Shown here: one piece after another, positions 32,416 through 42,245 of the stretch
Layout: each line of letters opens with the position of its first letter
Position numbering within the stretch: the stretch's first letter is position 1
Assembly (NCBI GenBank): GCA_043798215.1
Contig: JAZDOX010000075.1
Location: 1-55,529 of the forward strand
Origin: Candidatus Omnitrophota bacterium
Lineage (GTDB): Bacteria > Omnitrophota > Gorgyraeia > Pluralincolimonadales > Pluralincolimonadaceae
Direction of reading: 5' to 3'
DNA length: 55,529 bases
Notes under the pieces: generated by a model
Seen by the model: the letters and a program-made list of their open reading frames with translations, nothing else
The model's database searches: none
Told to the model about the DNA's origin: nothing
Position numbers and translations under genes: made by a program

Positions 32416-33774
32416 ATGACCTATGAAAAAGCGATAAAGTATTTGGAGTCGTTCATAGATTACGAAAAATTGCCTGCCTATAGATATTGCAATGTTATGA
32501 AACTCAACAGGATGCAAGCCCTTTTGGACGGCCTCGGCAATCCGCAGCGCAAGTTTAAATCGGCGCATGTGGCAGGCACAAAAGGCAAGGGTTCCACTTG
32601 CGCTTTTATTTATTCAATATTAAAGGAGAGCGGCATCAAAGCGGGGCTTTACACCTCGCCCCATTTGGTAGATTTTAAAGAAAGGATAAGGATCTCGCAT
32701 CCAAAAGACAGGACTATCGATGAGTCTGAGTTTGCGGCTATAGTCGGGAGAATCAAATCGTTTCTCGACAATTTCATTAAATCCTCGAAATTCGGATCTC
32801 CATCTTTCTTCGAGGTTTATACCGCTCTGGCGTTTCTATTCTTTAGTATAAAGAAGGTGGATATAGCGGTTGTGGAGGTTGGTTTAGGCGGAAGGCTTGA
32901 CGCTACCAACGTTTTAGACCCGCTCGCCATAGCGATAACCCCTATAAGCTTCGATCATACCGATAAACTGGGGAAAACGCTCGAATCAATAACCAAAGAG
33001 AAATGCGGGATAATAAAAGAAGGCTCGGTTGTCGTGTCATCAGAACAGGATCCGGTTGTTATCGGTTATATACGCGAAGCCGCCGCCGGGAAAAAAGCCA
33101 AATTATATGAATTGGGCAAAGATATCTTTTACGAACCCATTACCTCATCTTGCGAGGGGCAGACCTTTAACGTTCATGGGATAGCCGGAGAATACCCTTT
33201 GCTTTCAACGCCTCTTTTAGGCCGGCATCAGGTAGTCAACGCTGCCACTGCTATCGGCGTGATAGAGGTTTTGAGGGCCGGAAAACTAACCATTTGTTCG
33301 CATAATATAGCTGATGGGATTAGAAATGTGAATTGGCCGGGACGGCTGCAGGTTATGGAAAGAAATCCCTGGTTGATTTTAGACGGGGCGCATAATGAGG
33401 CTTCCGCCAAGGCGCTTAAGGAAGCCGTGACAACGCTTTTTCCCCGCAAGAACTTGATACTTATATTGGGTATTTCTTGCGATAAAGATATAGATGCCAT
33501 CGGAGCGCATCTCTTGCCTATTGCGGATAAAATATTATTTACCCGCTCGGACACGCCGCGGGCAATATTGCCGGAGGTTCTTAAAAAGCATTTCCGCAGT
33601 TACGAAAAAAACGCCGTCTCGACTTTTAACGTTGCAGAGGCGATAGAGCTGGCCCGGCGGCAGGCGAATAAAGAGGATTTGATACTTATTACCGGCTCTA
33701 TTTTTGTGGCCGGAGAGGCGTTGCAGTTTTTAGGAAAGAAGAATATAGGGTATGAAAAAACAACTAAAGATTGA
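32416..33774 (+). CDS. folC: Folylpolyglutamate synthase / dihydrofolate synthase
   Basis: Mur-ligase P-loop HVAGTKGKGS. Also VEVGLGGRLDATN and DGAHN. RBS taggagg. Confidence 0.88.
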   Translation: MTYEKAIKYLESFIDYEKLPAYRYCNVMKLNRMQALLDGLGNPQRKFKSAHVAGTKGKGSTCAFIYSILKESGIKAGLYTSPHLVDFKERIRISHPKDRTIDESEFAAIVGRIKSFLDNFIKSSKFGSPSFFEVYTALAFLFFSIKKVDIAVVEVGLGGRLDATNVLDPLAIAITPISFDHTDKLGKTLESITKEKCGIIKEGSVVVSSEQDPVVIGYIREAAAGKKAKLYELGKDIFYEPITSSCEGQTFNVHGIAGEYPLLSTPLLGRHQVVNAATAIGVIEVLRAGKLTICSHNIADGIRNVNWPGRLQVMERNPWLILDGAHNEASAKALKEAVTTLFPRKNLILILGISCDKDIDAIGAHLLPIADKILFTRSDTPRAILPEVLKKHFRSYEKNAVSTFNVAEAIELARRQANKEDLILITGSIFVAGEALQFLGKKNIGYEKTTKD

Positions 33775-35137
33775 TTTGGAAGATACTATAGCGGCCGTGT
33801 CTACGCCGATAGGCGAAGGCGCTATAGGAATAGTCCGTTTGAGCGGCAAAGAAGCGCTAAGTATAGCGGATAAGATATTTAAATCGAAGAAAGGCGTTCT
33901 TCCCTCTAAGCTCAGTTCTTTTACGATTCATTATGGTTATATATATGATGCCGGGGGGATAGCAGATGAAGTTCTCTTGACTGTAATGCGCGCGCCAAAG
34001 AGCTACACAAGACAGGATATGGTAGAGATAAACTGCCACAGCGGCCTTGTAACTTTGAGAAAAATTCTGGAGCTTGTCTTAAATAACGGAGCGCGGCTTG
34101 CCGAACCGGGTGAATTTACCAAACGCGCTTTTCTAAACGGCCGCATTAACCTGATTCAAGCCGAAGCGGTGCTGGATATCGTTAAATCAAAGACAGAAGC
34201 GTCTCTTAAGACGGCCTTAGGCCGGTTAAACGGCAAATTATCCGGTTTTATTTACGGCGCTAAGGAAGAGTTATTAAGCATCCTGGCCGCCGTCGAAGCT
34301 TCGATAGATTTCCCTGAAGAGGATCTCGAGATAGTCTCTGAGGCGGATGCGGCTGACAGACTGCGGGTTATAAAAGACAGATTGTCCAAATTGCTCGATA
34401 CCGCGGATGAAGGCGCCATATTGAGGGAGGGAATTTTTTGTGTCATATGCGGCAGGCCGAATGTGGGCAAATCAAGCTTGCTCAACGCCCTTTTACGGCA
34501 AGATAGGGCTATAGTTACACCTATCCCGGGCACAACCAGAGACACGATAGAAGAATCGGCGAATATAAACGGAATACCGTTTAAATTGGTTGATACCGCG
34601 GGGATAATATCTACCGAAGATACTGTTGAGAGAGAAGGAATTTTAAGAAGCCGCGATTGCATTGAGAGGGCGGATCTAATACTTTTGACCCTTGACGGCA
34701 GCGTTGCTATGACTGAGGAGGACAAGACGCTTTTAGCCGATACCGAAGATAAACCCCGTATTATAACGGTTAATAAGAGCGACTTGCCGCAGAATATGGA
34801 TTTAAACTCGATAAGCGTTTATCGTCCGTTAAAGATATCGGCAAAAGAAGCCGTTGGTTTGGACGAGTTAAAGAGCAGAATGTATGATATGGTTTGGAAG
34901 GGCAAGATCAACGCGGCCGAAGGAGCGGTGATAGCTAATTTAAGGCAGAAAGAATCATTGGGCCGCGCTTTTGAGGCGGTATGCCGCGCCATTGATTTGA
35001 CGGAAGATAATTTTTTGCCGGAATTAGCGGCAGTTGAATTAAAGTCCGCTTTGGATTCTTTAGGCGAAATGACAGGGGAAGTTATTGACGAAGATGTGCT
35101 GGATAGGATCTTCTCGCAGTTTTGCGTGGGGAAGTAA
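33752..35137 (+). CDS. mnmE: tRNA modification GTPase MnmE
   Basis: G1 GRPNVGKSSLLN, G3 DTAG, G4 NKSD, and the C-terminal FCVGK motif. Confidence 0.92.
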   Translation: MKKQLKIDLEDTIAAVSTPIGEGAIGIVRLSGKEALSIADKIFKSKKGVLPSKLSSFTIHYGYIYDAGGIADEVLLTVMRAPKSYTRQDMVEINCHSGLVTLRKILELVLNNGARLAEPGEFTKRAFLNGRINLIQAEAVLDIVKSKTEASLKTALGRLNGKLSGFIYGAKEELLSILAAVEASIDFPEEDLEIVSEADAADRLRVIKDRLSKLLDTADEGAILREGIFCVICGRPNVGKSSLLNALLRQDRAIVTPIPGTTRDTIEESANINGIPFKLVDTAGIISTEDTVEREGILRSRDCIERADLILLTLDGSVAMTEEDKTLLADTEDKPRIITVNKSDLPQNMDLNSISVYRPLKISAKEAVGLDELKSRMYDMVWKGKINAAEGAVIANLRQKESLGRAFEAVCRAIDLTEDNFLPELAAVELKSALDSLGEMTGEVIDEDVLDRIFSQFCVGK

Positions 35138-35720
35138 TCCAGACATGGTTTTATGAATTTTTCTTGCATGGGCTTAATGAAAGCTCTGTAGGGGACGGGC
35201 CTGCCCGTCCCGTTAATGAAATGTAGGGCGCGTTCCCTGAACAGGCCGCGAACGCAACAATGTATGTCATCCCCCGGCTTGACAGGGGGATCCAGACACG
35301 ATTTTATAAATTTTTCTTGCTTCGGCTTGTGCCCACAAGGAATCGCTCGAAAATCCCCGGCGAGGATTTTCTCGCTCCACTTTAGCCCTCGTTCTTCCGC
35401 AAAGGGTAAATAGCGGGCGGAATCCCTGCCCGCTCGGACTAAAGAGGTTCCTTGCGGACACAAGCCTATGCAATTGGTTTAATGTAGTTGCCCGATTTAT
35501 CGGGCTAATTACGTTTGTTAGGCCGATGAATCGGCAGACTACAACGTGTTTTTTGACGGAAGATATTTATGCAGCGCGGTTGGTATAATAGTAAACAAAT
35601 GTCGTAGGGGCGAGGTCGCCTCGCCCGAATGAAAATATAAGTAATAAAATAATCGGGCGCGCCTGCCTGTCGGCAGACAGGGAAACCGCGCCCCTACATA
35701 TCATACTGTAGAGGCCAACC
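35138..35720. repeat. Repeat-only island (D halves, G-type TGTAGGGG..CCCCTACA hairpins, B-core variant, CCTGTCGGCAGACAGG module)
   Basis: Direct repeat ATCCAGACA.G.TTTTAT.AATTTTTCTTGC at 35141 and 35291. GTAGGGGCGAGGTCGCCTCGCCC ... GCGCCCCTACA. There is no credible ORF. Confidence 0.75.
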
Positions 35721-35780
35721 CCTGTGTCGGCCCGTTGGAATTGACGGCGGACAGGAGATTATGTCTTTGAGAATGAGTGA

Positions 35781-35927
35781 CAGTCATTCCGCACAAAAAA
35801 AGACCGGACAATTGAGTTAAAAAGCGCGTTCCGCGAATGCCCCAAAGGCCGTCGCAAAATCGCGGTTAAGGTTGTGGATATATTCGGCAATGATACGATG
35901 AAGGTTGTCGCGGTTAGCATTACGTAA
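35781..35927 (+). pseudogene. 3'-terminal remnant of a DNA methyltransferase gene (about 48 codons)
   Basis: An open frame reads ...TIELKSAFRECPKGRRKIAVKVVDIFGNDTMKVVAVSIT*. From memory, the KIAVKV.DIFGNDT tail is the conserved C-terminus of N4/N6 DNA methylases. There is no start or catalytic domain upstream, only repeats. Confidence 0.45.
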
Positions 35928-35944
35928 AAACGAGGAGGTTAGAT

Positions 35945-36343
35945 ATGCCCGAAAGAATAGATTATATCTGGATTAAACCATCTGCTTTTGATAGTGAGAA
36001 TGGACGGTTAACTTTTAAGACGGACCATCAAAAAACTGGGATAATTACCGTTCGCGTTAATTTTAGCTCAGAATTTATTGAAGATTATTTTAATCTGCCA
36101 GGGAACGACGCGCAAAAAAAGCGATCTACTATGGAGCAGAACAAGAAATTTCTTTTTAGATTGGGCTTGACGAGACTTGAAGAAAAAATTAATAATAGTT
36201 CGTTATCGCGAGAAATTCAGATAGCTGCTAGCGATATAGAATGGGCTCGAAGAATCGAGCAGAAACAGATTGTCCCGAGCAGTGAAGAGGTTGAACCTGG
36301 AACATTTCATTTTTACCCAGAGAAGAAAATTGGATTTAGATAG
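35945..36343 (+). CDS. Hypothetical protein (132 aa), orphan
   Basis: Strong RBS (gaggagg) 6 nt upstream of the ATG. No recognisable motif. Sits 18 nt after the methylase remnant in a repeat-rich island. Confidence 0.5.
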   Translation: MPERIDYIWIKPSAFDSENGRLTFKTDHQKTGIITVRVNFSSEFIEDYFNLPGNDAQKKRSTMEQNKKFLFRLGLTRLEEKINNSSLSREIQIAASDIEWARRIEQKQIVPSSEEVEPGTFHFYPEKKIGFR

Positions 36344-36548
36344 CTTTAATAAGTGATATTGGGTAAACCCGTATAATATATGGCCATATACCCTAAATTT
36401 CCATGAAATAGTGGACATGCGAGTAAAAGACCATTTCGAGGATATCCTTGAAATGGTAGACATCGGATTAGGTATCCAAAGAAACATCGAAGATGTTAAA
36501 CTATTCAGGCCTGATTGTAGATCGACCAGCAGTCCCCAGAAAAGCAAC

Positions 36549-36602
36549 GTGTCTGGATTGCCCTCCGCCAGAGGCGGACAGGAATCAAGTTGGGCAATGA
36601 CA
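36549..36602. repeat. D-element fragment with K-like hairpin
   Basis: GTGTCTGGATTGCCCTCCGCCAGAGGCGGACAGGAATCAAGTTGGGCAATGACA. Confidence 0.7.
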
Positions 36603-36698
36603 TTTTCTGCGGTATTATTGTGCACTTCAGGCGTGCAATAACATAAAGCTAATTGAATAATATCAATACCAATCAATTAAGAAATAGGAGACGCAATT

Positions 36699-37256
36699 AT
36701 GGATAAAAAAAAGATAATCAAAGCCGTTGCTATGATCCTGGAGGCGATAGGCGAAGACCCTTCCCGCAAAGACCTCATTGAGACGCCAAGAAGGGTTGCC
36801 GAGATGTATGAGGAGATTTTTTCCGGGGTAAAGCTTGATCCGTCTAAAGAGTTGGAGGTAACCCTTGATCAAAAACATGAGGAGATAGTCTTGCTTAAAG
36901 GCATACCTCTCTATTCGGTATGCGAGCATCACTTGCTTCCTTTTTTGGGGAAAGCGCATATAGCTTATATTCCGAGAGAAGGACGCGTTACAGGCTTAAG
37001 CAAATTGGCGAGAACGGTGGATATTTTGGCTAAACGTCCCCAGGTTCAGGAAAGGCTTACGACTCAAATCGCCGAAGTGATCATGAAGACCCTTAAGCCC
37101 AGCGGATGTATGGTAGTTATAGAGGCCGAGCATCTTTGTATGTCTATGAGAGGTCTGAATAAACCCGGCATATTGACAGTTACAAGCGCCGTTAGAGGAA
37201 TATTCCGGGCTAATGAGAAAACCCGGGCCGAGGCTCTCGCGCTTATCAGGGGTTGA
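36699..37256 (+). CDS. folE: GTP cyclohydrolase I
   Basis: [20 protein letters not shown] and QVQERLT motifs. RBS aggag. Confidence 0.92.
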   Translation: MDKKKIIKAVAMILEAIGEDPSRKDLIETPRRVAEMYEEIFSGVKLDPSKELEVTLDQKHEEIVLLKGIPLYSVCEHHLLPFLGKAHIAYIPREGRVTGLSKLARTVDILAKRPQVQERLTTQIAEVIMKTLKPSGCMVVIEAEHLCMSMRGLNKPGILTVTSAVRGIFRANEKTRAEALALIRG

Positions 37257-37275
37257 GTTGTCAGACTGCGTTGCA

Positions 37276-37329
37276 ATGTAGTTGCTCGATTTATCGAGCG
37301 CAACATATCGGCCCAATAAATTGGGTAAC
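37276..37329. repeat. B-core double hairpin abutting F2
   Basis: ATGTAGTTGCTCGATTTATCGAGCGCAACATATCGGCCCAATAAATTGGGTAACTAC. Confidence 0.8.
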
Positions 37330-37468
37330 TACTGCATTGTAAAGTTAGTTCTTGGCAGTTTGTCATGCCCGGATGCTTTAATCGGGCATCCAGACACGCC
37401 CATTTCTGGATTCCCGCTAAAAGATTGCGGGAATGACAACTGGTGGAAACTAATTTTACAATGTACTA
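37330..37468 (+). mobile_element. Family F element, copy F2
   Basis: Near-identical to F1. Confidence 0.9.
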
Positions 37469-37642
37469 CTGCTCTGTAACATTAATTCATGGTAGTCCCT
37501 GGAGACAGCAAACACTTATTCTTCGAGCGAATCCGCCTGAGGCGGATGAGTCGAGAAGTTCTGTTGCTGTCCATATCTGTGGTTCTCGACTCGGCCAATG
37601 GCCTCGCTCGAACAGTATAAAATTTATGTTACAATGCACTAC
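37466..37642 (-). mobile_element. Family A element, copy A5
   Basis: Reverse complement of the family A consensus, full length, abutting element F2. Confidence 0.9.
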
Positions 37643-37786
37643 AATATTTTGACGCAGTTAGCGGAAGAAAGAGATTGCATACAGTCTCTGTGTGGCGGAC
37701 ATGCCGTAGTTCTTAAGAGACGGGCTTATTAGCCGCTTCAAAATTTATTATTAAAGATTTCCCGAATATAGTATAATATACCCAAT

Positions 37787-38236
37787 ATGGATAATTCTGT
37801 CTTTTTGGTTTTTAAGAATAAAGTGTTCTTGGCCACGCTGTTCGCGTGGATAATTGCCCAATCCGTTAAAATTATCATAAACAGCTTAAAGGAGAAGAGG
37901 TTTAATTTCCGGTGGCTGGTAGGCACCGGGGGGATGCCCAGCGCTCATTCGGCAGGGGTTATGGCGCTGGCTTCTGCTGTGGGCATTCAGGAAGGATTCA
38001 GGTCTACCATTTTTATTATTTCTTTGGTTTTCGCGATGATAATCGCTTTTGACGCGCAAGGAGTCAGGCGCTCGACAGGGCAGCAGGCTGAAATATTAAA
38101 CAAGATAATGGATGACATATATTGGCGCAGGAAGATTCGGGAAGATAGGCTGAAGGAGCTTATAGGTCATACGCCATTCGAGGTATTGGTCGGCTGTATG
38201 GTAGGCGTAGTCGTCTCTGTCTTGATTATGATTTAG
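37787..38236 (+). CDS. Divergent PAP2-family membrane protein (DUF212 / YuiD-like)
   Basis: GGMPSAHSA motif and 4 TM segments; size typical of the family. Confidence 0.8.
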   Translation: MDNSVFLVFKNKVFLATLFAWIIAQSVKIIINSLKEKRFNFRWLVGTGGMPSAHSAGVMALASAVGIQEGFRSTIFIISLVFAMIIAFDAQGVRRSTGQQAEILNKIMDDIYWRRKIREDRLKELIGHTPFEVLVGCMVGVVVSVLIMI

Positions 38237-38482
38237 CCGCGCGGTTTTTTTAACCCGCCTTCGCGGAATTCCCCACCTGTAAGGGTGGGGATGGATAGCG
38301 AGAAATTCCGCTTCGGCGAGGTTTTCGCTTAGCCGAAGCGAGGGAAAAGATTCCACGCCTGTAAGGGCGTGGAGCTTTAAGTGTCATTCTGAGTTCCGCG
38401 AAGCGGGGTGAAGAATCTATATAAGCGCTATCAGTTTATTCATATCGTAAGTTCGTTAAGAGCATAAAGGGAGAAGACTTAA

Positions 38483-39385
38483 ATGAAGCTTAAATTGTTT
38501 TTGCCGGTTATCGCGCTTGTCTTGATTCTTTTGGCGGTTTTAGGTTTTTTAGCCGCGAGAAATTCCTGTTGTTTCAAGGAAAACGCGATATTGGACAACG
38601 CGAAGGCGCTTGAGAAGACAGAAAGAACCGAGGATGCCATAAAGGAATACGAAAAGATAATAACAGAGTATCCGCAGAGTAAAAAAGCGGCAGATTCATA
38701 TATCTGCTTAGCTGAGCTTTACGAGAGATCGGGCAACTTAATAGAAGCCAGGGATTCTTACAAAAAGGCCATGGAGACGTATCCCGATTCCGAGATTGTC
38801 AAGAATGCCAAATCCAGAGTCGAGGATTTGAATATGAGGATACTTTTTTCCCCCTTAATGGACATTTCAAGCAAGAGTTATGAGGTGCAGAAGGGAGATT
38901 CTTTGGCTAAGATAGCGAAAGTGTTCGGCACTACCGTTGATTTACTCAAGAGGTCGAATAATCTGGAAAAAGACACAATAAGACAGGGCGCGCGTATTAA
39001 GGTTGTAACGGCTAAATTCAGCGTTGTCGTTGACAAATCCCAAAACACACTTATCTTAGAACAAAATGGAGAGGTTGTGAAGTCGTATAAAGTTTCGACA
39101 GGATTGAATAATTCGACGCCGGTTGGAAACTTTAAGATAGTAAATAAATTAACGGATCCCGTTTGGTATGCCGCCAATTCCGTGGTTCAGCCCGGATCCT
39201 CCGATAATATTCTTGGGACAAGATGGATGGGTATATCGAAAGCCGGTTATGGCATACATGGAACGACTGACCCCGATTCTTTGGGAAAACAGGTTACCGC
39301 CGGTTGTGTTAGAATGCGCAATGAAGAAGTCGAAGAGCTTTATTCTATTTTGCCCGAGGGCGCTGAAGTTACGATAGTGGATTGA
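38483..39385 (+). CDS. L,D-transpeptidase with TPR-like and LysM domains
   Basis: N-terminal anchor. LysM (YEVQKGDSLAKIAKVFGTTVDLLKRSNNL). YkuD catalytic motif GIHGTTDPDSLGKQVTAGCVRM. Confidence 0.85.
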   Translation: MKLKLFLPVIALVLILLAVLGFLAARNSCCFKENAILDNAKALEKTERTEDAIKEYEKIITEYPQSKKAADSYICLAELYERSGNLIEARDSYKKAMETYPDSEIVKNAKSRVEDLNMRILFSPLMDISSKSYEVQKGDSLAKIAKVFGTTVDLLKRSNNLEKDTIRQGARIKVVTAKFSVVVDKSQNTLILEQNGEVVKSYKVSTGLNNSTPVGNFKIVNKLTDPVWYAANSVVQPGSSDNILGTRWMGISKAGYGIHGTTDPDSLGKQVTAGCVRMRNEEVEELYSILPEGAEVTIVD

Positions 39386-39483
39386 GATAAGAAAATCAGC
39401 AACTCAAAAGTTGGGAAATGACATAGCAAGAAAACTGCTTATCTTGAAATTTAACGTCGAGCGCAGATAGAAATTAAGAATTT

Positions 39484-39611
39484 TGTAGGGATAGGGCCCT
39501 CGGCTTCGCCGAGAGGCGAGCTTGCCCCTGTCCGTTGCTTGTAATTATCAAAAGACGATAGGGCGGCCCCGCCACAAAGCGTAGGCGGGCAAGCGTAAGG
39601 GTCGCCCCTAC
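39484..39611. repeat. G-type palindromic element (TGTAGGG...CCCCTACA)
   Basis: The terminal inverted repeats are readable. They explain the spurious ORF 39474..39662 (-). Confidence 0.7.
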
Positions 39612-39714
39612 ATTGGCAAAATCAAGCCGCGCGGCGAAAATGAAAATCGACATTTTAAGCAAGACTTAAATTTTAAGGCTATCTTGTTTTGCCCGCAATT
39701 ACAAATTAACAGTA

Positions 39715-40686
39715 ATGAGGAATGATATGAACATGAGCGGATTGGATTTCGAGAAGCCTATTTTAGAGCTGGAGCGTAAGATAGAGGAGCTTAAAAAATT
39801 TGCTTCTTCCGAAAAGATAGATCTATCTTCCGAGATAAAGAAACTCGACGACAAATTAGAAAGGATTAAGCGGGAGATTTTTGATAGTCTGACTCCATGG
39901 CAGAGGATTCAGATAGCCCGACATCCGAAACGTCCGTATACCCTGGATTACATAAGCTTAATAATGACGGATTTTATAGAAATTCACGGCGACAGGGTTT
40001 TCGGAGACGACAACGCTTTGATTTGCGGTTTGGCGAATATTGACGGCGAGAAGATTATTGTTATAGGACATCAGAAGGGCCGCGATACAAAAGAAAATCT
40101 TATGCGCAACTTCGGATCTGCTCACCCCGAAGGATACCGAAAGGCGATGAGGGCGATGAGATTAGGCGGGAAATTCAAGCTTCCGGTGGTATCATTTATA
40201 GATACGCCCGGCGCTTACCCGGGAATAGGCGCTGAAGAGAGGGGCCAGGCCGAGGCCATAGCTCATAATCTTGTGGATATGGCGAGATTAAAGACGCCGA
40301 TCGTGGTTTTTGTCATCGGCGAAGGGGGTTCCGGAGGCGCGCTTGGAATCGGCGTGGGCGACAGAATATGCGTTCTTGAGAACGCATATTATTCGGTAAT
40401 ATCTCCCGAAGGCTGTGCCGCTATTTTATGGAAGGATAGAACCAAAGCTCCCGAGGCGGCGAGGGCGCTTAAGCTTACGGCGCAGGATCTGCTAAAGTTT
40501 GGATTGATAGATGAGGTTGTGCCGGAACCATTAGGAGGCGCTCATCGTAGTCCGGATAAGATGGCGCAAACGGTCAAAGCCGTTATAAAGAAATACCTTA
40601 AGGAATTTTCCACGATTTCCGTAGACGATTTAATCGAGGCGAGGTATGAAAAATACAGAAAGATCGGAGCGTTTTTGACGGAATGA
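39715..40686 (+). CDS. accA: Acetyl-CoA carboxylase carboxyltransferase alpha subunit
   Basis: [42 protein letters not shown]. Alternative in-frame ATGs at 39727/39733. Confidence 0.92.
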   Translation: MRNDMNMSGLDFEKPILELERKIEELKKFASSEKIDLSSEIKKLDDKLERIKREIFDSLTPWQRIQIARHPKRPYTLDYISLIMTDFIEIHGDRVFGDDNALICGLANIDGEKIIVIGHQKGRDTKENLMRNFGSAHPEGYRKAMRAMRLGGKFKLPVVSFIDTPGAYPGIGAEERGQAEAIAHNLVDMARLKTPIVVFVIGEGGSGGALGIGVGDRICVLENAYYSVISPEGCAAILWKDRTKAPEAARALKLTAQDLLKFGLIDEVVPEPLGGAHRSPDKMAQTVKAVIKKYLKEFSTISVDDLIEARYEKYRKIGAFLTE

Positions 40687-41120
40687 TAAATCCGGCCTTT
40701 GAGATACCAAGTGATCCGATATATATCACAGAAGCCTCCTCTAGAATCATAAATTCGTTAAAAGATTTTAATTTAAAGGAAGACGTTATTTTCGATATCA
40801 GGCTTTCTGTGGAAGAGGCGGTTATAAATGCCATTAAATACGGCAATAATTTCAAAAAAGACCTGCCGATTTTAATAAATTATTCTATAACTGGCGACAG
40901 ACTGGAGATAATAGTTAAGGATATGGGCAAAGGTTTTGACTATTCCTCTCTTCCCGATCCGACGTCGCAAGAGAATATTTTAAAATCCGGCGGCCGCGGT
41001 TTATTCTTGATACGCAACCTTATGGATGAGATTAAATTCAACGATAAGGGCAATGAAATAAAAATGGTGAAGTTTTTGACCGGAGGAAAGCTCTATGGTA
41101 GTAAAAGACAGAAGGGTTAA
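40683..41120 (+). CDS. RsbW/SpoIIAB-like anti-sigma factor serine kinase (HATPase_c_2)
   Basis: N-box [12 protein letters not shown]-boxes DMGKGFD and GGRGLFLI. The start overlaps the accA stop (ATGA). Confidence 0.8.
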   Translation: MINPAFEIPSDPIYITEASSRIINSLKDFNLKEDVIFDIRLSVEEAVINAIKYGNNFKKDLPILINYSITGDRLEIIVKDMGKGFDYSSLPDPTSQENILKSGGRGLFLIRNLMDEIKFNDKGNEIKMVKFLTGGKLYGSKRQKG

Positions 41121-41430
41121 TGAGATAACGGTTTTAACCGTGGACGGCGAGATAAATTTTAACTCTTCGCCTGATTTCAGAAAAGCTTTTTTGAGGATTC
41201 CCGATTCTAACCTAAAAAAAGTAGTCGTAAATCTCGCCGGCGTGGATTACGTGGATTCTTCAGGGCTGGCGACATTGGTCGAGGCGTATCAAAAGATAAA
41301 GGGCGCCGGCGGAGAATTGATACTTGCTAATCTAAGCGATAAAGTCAAGAGTTTGTTTGAGATAACCAAGCTCGAGAAGTTGTTCAGAGTATTTCAGTCA
41401 GAAGAAGAGGCTTTAAGGAATATCGGATGA
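41095..41430 (+). CDS. STAS-domain anti-sigma-factor antagonist (SpoIIAA/RsbV-like; possibly an MlaB analogue)
   Basis: VDYVDSSGLATLV contains the phosphorylatable Ser context. RBS ggagg. Lies immediately upstream of mlaE. Confidence 0.8.
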   Translation: MVVKDRRVNEITVLTVDGEINFNSSPDFRKAFLRIPDSNLKKVVVNLAGVDYVDSSGLATLVEAYQKIKGAGGELILANLSDKVKSLFEITKLEKLFRVFQSEEEALRNIG

Positions 41431-41450
41431 ATTTTTAAACGGGCAGGCAA

Positions 41451-42245
41451 ATGGGAATATTCGAGAATATAGGCAAGTTCGCGTTAAAAACGTCAGCCGC
41501 TATTTGGGACATAGCGGCTTTATTTTTAAATACGCTATATTGGGTTTTTTTCGCCCCGCTGAAAGGGAAATTTATCGGCCGCCGTTATATTTTTGAACAA
41601 ATGGTTTTTGCGGGCATTCAATCGTTGCCCATAGTATTTTTTGTCGCTTTGTTTATAGGAGTAGTTTTGGCTATGCAGGGCGCTTATCAGTTAGATAAGC
41701 TTGGCGCGGTTAGGTATGTAGCGGGCCTTATAAGCGTTTCTATAGCCAGAGAGATAGGGCCTGTGTTGATAGCGTTGGTTATAGCGGGAAGGGTGGGAGC
41801 GGCTATCGCCGCGGAGATCGGTTCAATGAAGGTCAGCGAACAGATAGAGGCGCTTGAGGCGATGGCCTTGAACCCTGTGAGATTTCTGGTCGTTCCCAGA
41901 TTTTTGGCGCTTATCGTTATGCTTCCGGTATTGACGGCTATAGGCGATCTCGTGGGTATGTTTGGCGGTTATCTGATAGGCGTCTATAATTTAAAGATAA
42001 GCCCGGGCCTTTATATAAGTACTAATTTTCAATTTCTTACCGTAAAAGACATAATGACGGGGTTGTTTAAGAGTTTTGTGTTCGCGGTGATAATCGCGCT
42101 TATAGGCTGTTATCAGGGCCTTAAAGCTTATGGCGGAGCCGAAGGGGTTGGCCGCGCCACCACCTTAAGCGTTGTTACAAGTTTTATTATGATAATATTG
42201 GCCGATTGCGTTTTAACGGCGGCGTTCTATTTTTCGAGAATATAA
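41451..42245 (+). CDS. mlaE: Phospholipid ABC transporter permease MlaE
   Basis: MlaE-type TM core (REIGPVLIALVIAGRVGAAIAAEIGSMKVSEQIEALE). Confidence 0.88.
   Translation: MGIFENIGKFALKTSAAIWDIAALFLNTLYWVFFAPLKGKFIGRRYIFEQMVFAGIQSLPIVFFVALFIGVVLAMQGAYQLDKLGAVRYVAGLISVSIAREIGPVLIALVIAGRVGAAIAAEIGSMKVSEQIEALEAMALNPVRFLVVPRFLALIVMLPVLTAIGDLVGMFGGYLIGVYNLKISPGLYISTNFQFLTVKDIMTGLFKSFVFAVIIALIGCYQGLKAYGGAEGVGRATTLSVVTSFIMIILADCVLTAAFYFSRI

Noticed and set aside
34819-35463. 214-aa ORF on the - strand (also 43450..44064, 25666..26208, 21074..21583, 48515..48964 and other antisense ORFs).
   Set aside because: They lie antisense to well-supported genes or run through repeat islands. Their composition is low-complexity or Ser/Pro/Arg-rich, with no RBS and no motifs.
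36411-36641. 76-aa ORF whose first about 30 residues (VKDHFEDILEMVDIGLGIQRNIEDVKL) faintly resemble the N-terminus of HEPN/DUF86 toxins.
   Set aside because: The second half is translation of a D-type repeat. It is too short for a domain, has no RBS, and has no MNT partner. At most it is a decayed remnant, so it is not annotated.
38268-38373. Two similar 24-nt hairpin units (ATTCCCCACCTGTAAGGGTGGGGA and ATTCCACGCCTGTAAGGGCGTGGA) 82 nt apart, which at first glance look like a mini CRISPR array.
   Set aside because: There are only two imperfect units. The intervening sequence is itself a palindrome (CCGCTTCGGC...GCCGAAGCG). No cas genes or leader are present. It fits the general palindromic-repeat background.
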